Part shown: piece by piece, positions 55,968 through 64,000 of the stretch | Position numbering within the stretch: the first letter of the stretch is position 1 | Layout: each line of letters opens with the position of its first letter | Assembly (NCBI RefSeq): GCF_001194135.2 | Contig: NC_068982.1 | Span: forward strand, 44,344,787-44,408,786 | Direction of reading: 5' to 3' | From: Octopus bimaculoides | Taxonomy: Eukaryota | DNA: 64,000 bases | The notes under the pieces: generated by a model | What the model was told of the DNA's origin: nothing | What the model saw: only the letters and a program-made list of their open reading frames with translations | The model's database searches: none | Made by a program: the position numbers and the translations under genes

Positions 55968-56126
55968 TCTTCTACTCTAGGCACAAGGCACGAAATTTTG
56001 GGGGAGGGGGCCAGTTGATTAGAACGACTCCAGTACGCAACTGGTACTTAATTTATCGACTCCGAAAGGATGAAAGGCAAAGTCGACCTCGGCGGAATTT
56101 GAACTCAGAACGTAATGACAGATGAA
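55968..56126 (-). mobile_element. 5'-truncated SINE family A
   Basis: Family A central domain and tail. Confidence 0.8.
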
Positions 56127-56357
56127 TGATACCCCATATATTCTCCTGTCCACAAAACTACCTATTCCCCTCACCAAGTCATATAGCGAATTCAAATCTC
56201 CCAAACGTAGCATTCGAACAACTAATCACACAAATAAAAATAGATTCTATTTTCTGATACCTGTCAACGTATACACAAAGTTGATAGGTGTATTTACGTA
56301 CCAGCTTCCAGAAATGTGTTTAATATGTAAAATTTGTATATCCAATAACGTTACACC

Positions 56358-56522
56358 CACTAGCGTAGCTAAGGAGGCCATGGGGTGGGGTCTGCTCGGG
56401 ATGACACTTTTAAAGAGAACCACTTTTAAGTCTACTGTAGGCAATATGTGATTTAAGTGGGATCCGGTGGGTGGCAAACGGAAGACCCGTCCCGGGCGGC
56501 ACACACTGTAGCTATGCTGGTG
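56358..56522. mobile_element. 165-bp hAT MITE with perfect 8-bp TSD GTTACACC
   Basis: TIRs cactagcgtagcta / tagctatgctggtg (12/14); TSD at 56350-56357 and 56523-56530. Confidence 0.88.
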
Positions 56523-57454
56523 GTTACACCGCTATATGTAGTGGCCAGTTAAGTAATCTGTTCGTAATTGATTAATGGATTGGATTGGTGCTGATGAAGG
56601 AGCGAAAACTTATCCATTTTCATCTTCGGTTTGCATAAAGCGTCTCGATAACGAAACGTCGTAGCAAAAACAGCGTTGGCTAAAATTTCTATTGAAAATC
56701 TGTAGAAATAACCTTAACAAGTGATACAAAGTATTCAACTCCATTTTAAGAAACAACACAAAAACGATGGCTTGGTAAGCTAAATGTCAGCTTGCCAAGC
56801 CTATGTAGTGTATAAGAGCAACACTTTAAATCTGTTCTCTCTAACTTTCTTCAACATATACTTACGCAGACTTTTCTCCGTTACTTATAACAAATGACAT
56901 CATACTAACATCTTCCCACTAATCTCCTGACACAACTAGATAACTACTCCAAGCCTACAGCAATCACCTACAAACATGCTTTCAGACCAGCTTTAAAGTA
57001 ACGCCCAGCCAAATACACACACGTGCGCGCGCATACAGTCTCCCTCTCTCTCTTTCCTCCTCTCTCCCTCTCTCTCCCTCTCTCTCTCACCCATACCGTA
57101 TGTGTGTGTGTGTGTGTGCATGTGTATGTGTGTGTATGATTGTGTGTGTGTGTGTGTGTGTGTGTAATTGTGTGTGTTTGTGTATGTACATATGTAGTCG
57201 ATTTAATAAACGAGAGAAAGAGTACTCAATACATTCTGTAGAGTATAAACATTTGCACAAATCTGTTGTTACTTTTTTCGTTGCCTGAAGGATTGCATCA
57301 AGTGATAAATTGTTAGTAGCAACAAAATAAACCACAGCTTCGTACATACGTACATATATGCACAGAAACATACATATATACACATATACGTATATACATA
57401 CATATATTCATGCGTATGCAAATATGAGTCCTTTGGGTGGGAATTGACGCTTAC

Positions 57455-57532
57455 GATATGCTGGACTGTGCAAACCACGACCCAGACTTCATGAGCACCA
57501 TCCTCACTGGTGATGATAAATAGGCTTATAGT
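57455..57532 (+). mobile_element. Mariner transposase fragment
   Basis: DMLDCANHDPDFMSTILTGDDK*AY matches the mariner DPDF..TGDE-x-W motif with W mutated to a stop. Confidence 0.6.
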
Positions 57533-57757
57533 CTCTGCTCGATGCATTCCGTCTCTAACGTGAAAACAAAAATCGGACGAACGCGCGCTATACGTCTGTA
57601 CTCTACAGGTAACAGCCGGGAACTGATGCGGCCTTCCGGCGCGAAAATTTTCATGCATGTGCAGGAAGGGTGGCCTCACCTTCCATCCGAAGGACTTTTC
57701 CCAAACGGCATTAGTTATAGCGGGAAGAATGAAAGTCAGCTTTTTCATGAACGCACC

Positions 57758-57803
<46 letters not shown>

Positions 57804-58485
57804 GTGTGTGTGTGTGTGTATATATCTATATATATATATATATATATATATAGATATATATATATATATAGCTTCAGCTTACTTAGCCTAAATAGGAACT
57901 AGATCACATAGTATTACTGACTGTCATAGACTGGTGATACACGCAAGGGAAATTATGCCTCGTATCTAATTCACGCAATCGCACTGGAATTAAGCACCGA
58001 CTTTCAAGAGCGTAGGAGTAAAGGCAAATATAAACGTATATTTGTTTATATACAATCTTTTTCCATGTGTATTGAACTCTCTGGCATAAGGTTGCGGTTC
58101 ACAGTGTGAACCACATTTACAACTCCATACCGGTTGTTGTTTTTCTTTTCTATTTATTCTATGTTATTTTTAAATTGAAACATTAATGAAGCACGCTGCA
58201 AACACAGTGAAATGATTATGATTCATGACAGATGTATGTCAACATATGACATATCTAAACTCAGTTAAAGATTTATTTCTGCTGTTATTAAGTTCATTGG
58301 CAATAATCTAGCGAATCACAAACTTTTCTATGCTCCAACCCTTAACCGTTTAACTGCGAAATTAAAATTTCATAGTTATTCTAGTAATGATGTAATGTAA
58401 CTAACAAAAATAGAATTGATATTTTTTGCCACTAACGTTGTCATAATAAGCTTCATATATCTCAATAAAAAAATGGCTTCTAGCC

Positions 58486-58837
58486 CAAGAGTTTTCAACC
58501 ATTTTTAAAATCTAGGGATCCCTTTGATTACTATTTTATTCTGGTGGACCCCTATAGCCATTCGATGTTTAAAAACTAGTTTTATAAAAAATTCTTTCAA
58601 AATTCCTATTTTGTTTCTCACACATTTCACTTGTGTAGGTTGAACTATGTTACATGTTAGAGAAAGAAATCTGACTGTTTCTTGCAATACATACCAATAC
58701 ATACATCTCAAGCAAAACTTTTTCGGAGGCCCATGAAATACTACTGTGAATCGCCGATTTACTATTTAGTTGCATAGACCTCCGAAAATCTTATTTGGAC
58801 CCTCAGGGGCCGTATGGACCCCAGCTGAGAACCAGTT
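58486..58837. mobile_element. hAT-Charlie-like MITE
   Basis: Ends caagagttttcaacc / gctgagaaccagtt; degenerate TSD ttctagcc / ttctaaca fits the NTCTAGAN preference. Confidence 0.6.
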
Positions 58838-59457
58838 TTCTAACATGACATTCCCCAACGAAGTTCAGAGAAGCCAAAACAATTTCAAGTAATTAAAATC
58901 TATACCGTTAGCGATAAATCAGATAGATTAGTATATTAAACTGCTTCTTGCTGCAAAGTGATGAAATTTTGAGTGGATCTGTTATTTGCAATAAAAGGGC
59001 TAGGAAATGTTTAATTAATTTTCGCAAATAACAAAGTTGAAGATGAAAATGTCATTTTTTAATTAATTTATTCATTATTTTATTAAATTTTCAATTGAAC
59101 CACAATCAGTATTTAGGAATAATAAAATTTTTAGTGTGCTCAATAGAATAAAGTTATTTTTACAAATTAATAATTTTATCTTGGAAAGCAATGTTAATAA
59201 AATATAGACATTCCCTCTTTGAAATACTATCTGGAATCCCCAGCGAGTGCAGACATCTCAGGCTGAGAATCCTTGCAATAATCAAATCAGTATGGCTTTT
59301 TGTGAGGGGTTGTATACGATTACTTAACCAGTTTGAAATAACAGCTAAACCTCCCCCAATTCATAACTTATCTTAAAAAGGGAATGACATAGTAGATTAT
59401 ATAGTATTTAGCGGAGACACGATATCTGAACGAGAGAGAGTGAGTGAGTGAGAGAGT

Positions 59458-59533
<76 letters not shown>

Positions 59534-62287
59534 TGAGTACCTTTGATCATAAGTCTACTTGATAAAGTCTATGCTGGAGCAAAATAATGAGAACAACAAC
59601 AACACAAGAACAACGAACATAACTTCATAGTATGTGGATAAATGCTTGTTGTTCGGCAACATTATGATTAGAACCCACTTGTGTAAATTATTAGACAACT
59701 TGAAAACTTAAGCATTGAAGTAATATCATCTGGTGTTCCCAGTAACTGGTATTTAATTTGAAGTTGTGAGATGCGATGAAATGACATGAGTGGATAAGTT
59801 ATTGATTCATCTGTTCATGAATTTAATGCTATTTGTTTTATCATATTGTTCTATATTACATTACTTCTCCTAAATGGCAAGGAATAAGTTTTAGATTAGT
59901 TTGTGTCAATAGACACTATATAAGCCTGGTTCAGCCTGAGATCAGAGTTAAATGTTGTTTTATCTAAACATTGATTCTGAATCATGCTGGGTGTATTGAA
60001 TATTGAGCTGTTACATGCTAAAAACCTAACATGTACAGAGCATTAACTACCCGGATTTTCTTCAGTTATACATGTGTCATTCAAGAAACGACTTAAAATT
60101 TGTTAACCAATTCAATGCTGATTCGTTCATATTTTCATGTGACACGTCTGTTATTATCTAAAGGGAAAGTATTACAATTTCTGCATTTGAGAAAGAAGAA
60201 AAATACATTTATCGTAATGCATTTTCCTGCTTCTCTCCACAGATAGCACCCTTACTTTCCAGACTAGCAAGACGTGGCATAAGATAATAAGAACGAATCA
60301 ACATTCAATTTGTTAGCAATCCTTATAGTAGTTTCTGTAACTGATCATGTATAAATGAAGGTCGTACTATACAAATACACTCACCACATACAAACACACA
60401 CGCGCACATACAGACACATACATGCAAAAATACACATACATATACACATACTTACACGTGTACACATTAATATAATTTCTTTCATAAACACAATACCAAC
60501 GATATTTACTTTTACATTTTCTACGGTTCCACCCTATGTTTAATACCTTAACTTTCACTATCGCTCTTTCACTTCGTTTATCCTTCTATTTCTCCCCTCT
60601 CTCTTATGCTCTTATTACTGCCTTTCGTCTCTATTCAGTGGACTAATTCTCGCTCTCAGATATATGCAAGCATTCTTTGAATATATTTTCTTTCACGCAT
60701 ATCAACTCCCGTATCACCAACACACACGTTTTTCCAATTAATCTCAATTTAGTAAAATAAATACTAACAAGCTCGAATAAGTAAGAAAAAAAATTCATTT
60801 AAATCATAGCCTTAGTAATAAAACAGTCATTATCGATACGGTTAAAGAATAAGTACCAAACTTAAATTAAGTACTGGGGTCGAATTGTTCGTCCAAACCT
60901 ATCAGGGTGGTGTCCCAGTATGGACACAATTCAGTGACTGAGATAAATAAAAAGACTAAAACAGAAAAGAAAGAACATATAATATGCCCATTGGGAATAA
61001 GGTGCCGAAATTGCCATGACTTCAACGACTGATGAAGAGAGTCATCTGCTTAAAAGTAGGTAGTGTGGTCGCTTTGTTACACTAAACTCTTCAATTTGGT
61101 GCCCCAGTTTGGCCGCAGTTCAGTAACTTTAATAAGTAAAAGAATAAAAAATAAAAGGAAAGAACATAATCTCATACACTGTAAAGTGTCGAAATCGCCA
61201 TGACCTCAGCAGCTGAAAAAGGTAGCCAACTGTTTATATCCATTTTGTTTTGAGTTTATTTTCCGTTTCTTATACGTTTTCGTTGCTCTGAGTGCTTATT
61301 TTCTTCCAATTTAGTCACTAATGCAAGAAGTGTTTTGCCCTCTGACACATACACACATCCACATCCACACAAACCCACACACGCATACAGACAAAGCATG
61401 AACGCAGACATACGCATGCATACATATACATGTTTATATATGCGCGTATGTGTGTGTGTGCGTGTGTGTGTATGCGAAAATGTATGCGTGTGTATACATG
61501 CATATGTTTATGTATCTTTAACAATATGCACACACATAATTACATTCAAATATAATCTACACCTTACTCACACAAACGCATACGCATATACACGCATAGC
61601 CACAGTAATATGTGAATATAACTTCGCTCTCGTTCCCTCATCTAGTTACTCCTTATATCATCCCCAAATTACATTCGCTCATAAAATGTAATTTTATTCA
61701 TGAAATAATTATTGTTAGTCAAAATATCGGATATTATACCAAATATATCTCCCATTCTCTTCTGCAGAATAATTCCTGACCAATAGCATTTCTGCTTCAA
61801 TTCCACCCCACTTGTTTTTTCTGCTTTTCATTTCTTCGATGGATTTTTTTTTTGAAATTTCACCAGTGTTTTTTGTTTTGTTTTTCCCTTCCTGGTTTTG
61901 TTGTCTTTTTACAAAACTATGTATTTTTACATAATGTTCAGCAAATGTATTTTAACTGCAGTCCAGACATATTCACCCATAAATATTCTATTACCATATT
62001 TATACCTCTTTATTAACTTACATCTCCTTTGGCAATCTTTCTCTCCCTCACTCGCTCTCGCTCTCTCTCTGTCCCTCATTTTGTCTTTCTCCCAAATTAT
62101 CTATTTATCTTACTGTCCTTCTTTTCTTTCTTTCAATCGCTCTCTCCATCAATATCACTTGTTAGCTACTGCACTTCTTTTATTGTTCTTGCTCCTTAAC
62201 TTACTCTTCCCAAACCATCTTCCTCTCCTAGCCACATCCATCCATCCATCCATCCATACATACATACATACATACATATATATGATT

Positions 62288-62332
<45 letters not shown>

Positions 62333-63000
62333 TGTATGTATGTATATGTATATACACATTTATATACACACATATATATATACACACTTATATATACATA
62401 AATACACACATACATATATTATAAGTGTGTGTATGTGTGACCGTGTATGATGCAGTGAGCGCGCTAGCATACACGATAGAGAAGCCAAAAACAATTTGAA
62501 TTAATTAAAAACTATACCCTTAGCGATGACAAAAATCATTATCTAAATTAGTAATTTTGATTTAAAAAATAATAGAAAAGCAAACACCGAAATTTTAATT
62601 TATTAAAATTAATTGAGAATTGGGTGTAGTGAAAATTGTGGATCATGTTATAACTCATCAACGAACGATAGTCTAGCTATTTATAAAGATTAGAGATGTA
62701 TATATGTACGAACAATAAATGGAGTCATCAGTTTAAGAAATGGCTGAGAGAAAATACACAGTAACGCCTGATGCTTAAAAGTTAATAGTACAGCAGGCAT
62801 TAACATATCTGATGTATTAAGTCGAGAAATTCTATTTTATCAAAAATATATCCAGCAGAATACCTGTTCCAGCGCATCTACTTCGCCATCCTCCGGGGCA
62901 ACGCCTTTTCCATTTTGTCTTCTAGAACTATGAGTCGGTCTGAATTACAGGAAATTGTATGTTCTGCTCCTTAATGTAACGTTATTCAATGGCATATGTT

Positions 63001-63370
63001 GTTGATGTTGGCACTCCGTCGCTTACGACGTCGAGGGTTCCAGTTGATCCGATCAACGGAACAGCCTGCTCGTGAAATTAACGTGCAAGTGGCTGAGCAC
63101 TCCACAGACACATGTACCCTTAACGTAGTTCTCGGGGATATTCAGCGTGACACAGAGTGTGACAAGGCTGACCCTTTGAATTACAGGCACAACAGAAACA
63201 GGAAGTAAGTGTGAGGGAAAGTTGAGGTGAAAGAGTACAGCAGGGTTCACCACCACCCCCTGCCGGAGCCTCGTGGAGCTTTAGGAGTTTTCGCTCAATA
63301 AACACTCACAACGCCCGATCTGGGAATCGAAACCACGATCCTATGACCGCGAGTCCGCTGCCCTAACCAC
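63001..63370 (-). mobile_element. SINE family C
   Basis: Near-identical to 29578-29961; head slightly truncated. Confidence 0.88.
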
Positions 63371-63779
63371 AATTTTCATGCCTTCACGAAAGTGTTTCCA
63401 ATGCACAATTCTTATCCTCTCCAGTTCACTCAGCTGTAGAAATTAGTTACGACGTCACTGGTGCCAAGCTATAACGGCTTTTGCCTTTCCCTTGGATAAC
63501 ATTGGTGGCGTGGAGAGGGGAGAATGGTATGCATAGTAATTGTTGGTCTTTCATAAACAACCTTGCTCCGACTTGTGCTTCTAGGGGCAATCTCATGGTT
63601 ATTTATGACTGAAAGGGGGTTAGAGATCCCCACCAAGAAAGTCTTCTTCCTAGTGCACTCTGCATGTTAGCAGAACATTGCTGAGACAAGTATAAAACTA
63701 TCGCACGAGTGATAGGAAGCAGAAGTCTGAACTGGATGCTAGAAATTGCAGATATTTGACAATGTAATGCGCCAACTCC

Positions 63780-64000
63780 AGCATTCATTCCTCAGAAAAG
63801 GAGAAGTTTGTATCTTCGGTTCGGTTTCCGTGCTTGTCCTCAACTACGATCGTGAATGTTGGGTAATGACAGAAAGACAACGACCGAGAATGCAAGCAGG
63901 CAAAATGGGGATCTTTTACTAAGGATCTCTAAAGTAGCGTTACTCAACAGAGTGCGTAGCGCGGAGATCAGGGAATCTCTCCAGGTTGTGCAGCTATTTC
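63780..64000 (+). mobile_element. RTE-like LINE RT C-terminal fragment
   Basis: IFGSVSVLVLNYDRECWVMTERQRPRMQAGKM..RISKVALLNRVRSAEIRESLQV. Confidence 0.7.

Noticed and set aside
60243-60340. Strong plus-strand acceptor ttttcctgcttctctccacag
   Set aside because: No matching donor and only short open frames; isolated acceptor-like sites are common in pyrimidine-rich DNA.

Overview
AT-rich, gapped animal genomic DNA dense in microsatellites and transposable elements. The SINE families and the (TAA)n/(CA)n/(TA)n load look like an octopus assembly; this is recognition, not proof. The only supported host gene is a minus-strand polycystin-1-like (PKD/REJ-domain) gene. Six exons that I spliced by hand are phase-compatible: 42840-41490, 27897-27725, 20791-20459, 18957-18833, 14302-14156 and 1963-1835, about 750 codons. 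The gene presumably continues beyond the left edge, and its 5' end is ambiguous. The rest is three main tRNA-derived SINE families, R4/Dong-like, Tx1/L1-like and RTE-like LINE remnants, a Chapaev3-like transposase relic, mariner fragments and pogo/hAT MITEs. Best leads: (1) long fold-back structures in the gene's introns that are candidate ADAR substrates; (2) a SINE variant whose 3' tail resembles the Tx1-like LINE 3' end; (3) R4-like LINEs and SINEs inserted at (TAA)n/AATAT sites; (4) splice acceptors sitting directly behind retroelement-associated microsatellites; (5) a 95-bp intronic copy of part of the large exon. No CRISPR, rRNA or genuine tRNA is supported, and I found no clear novel multi-gene system. 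N gaps could hide further exons.
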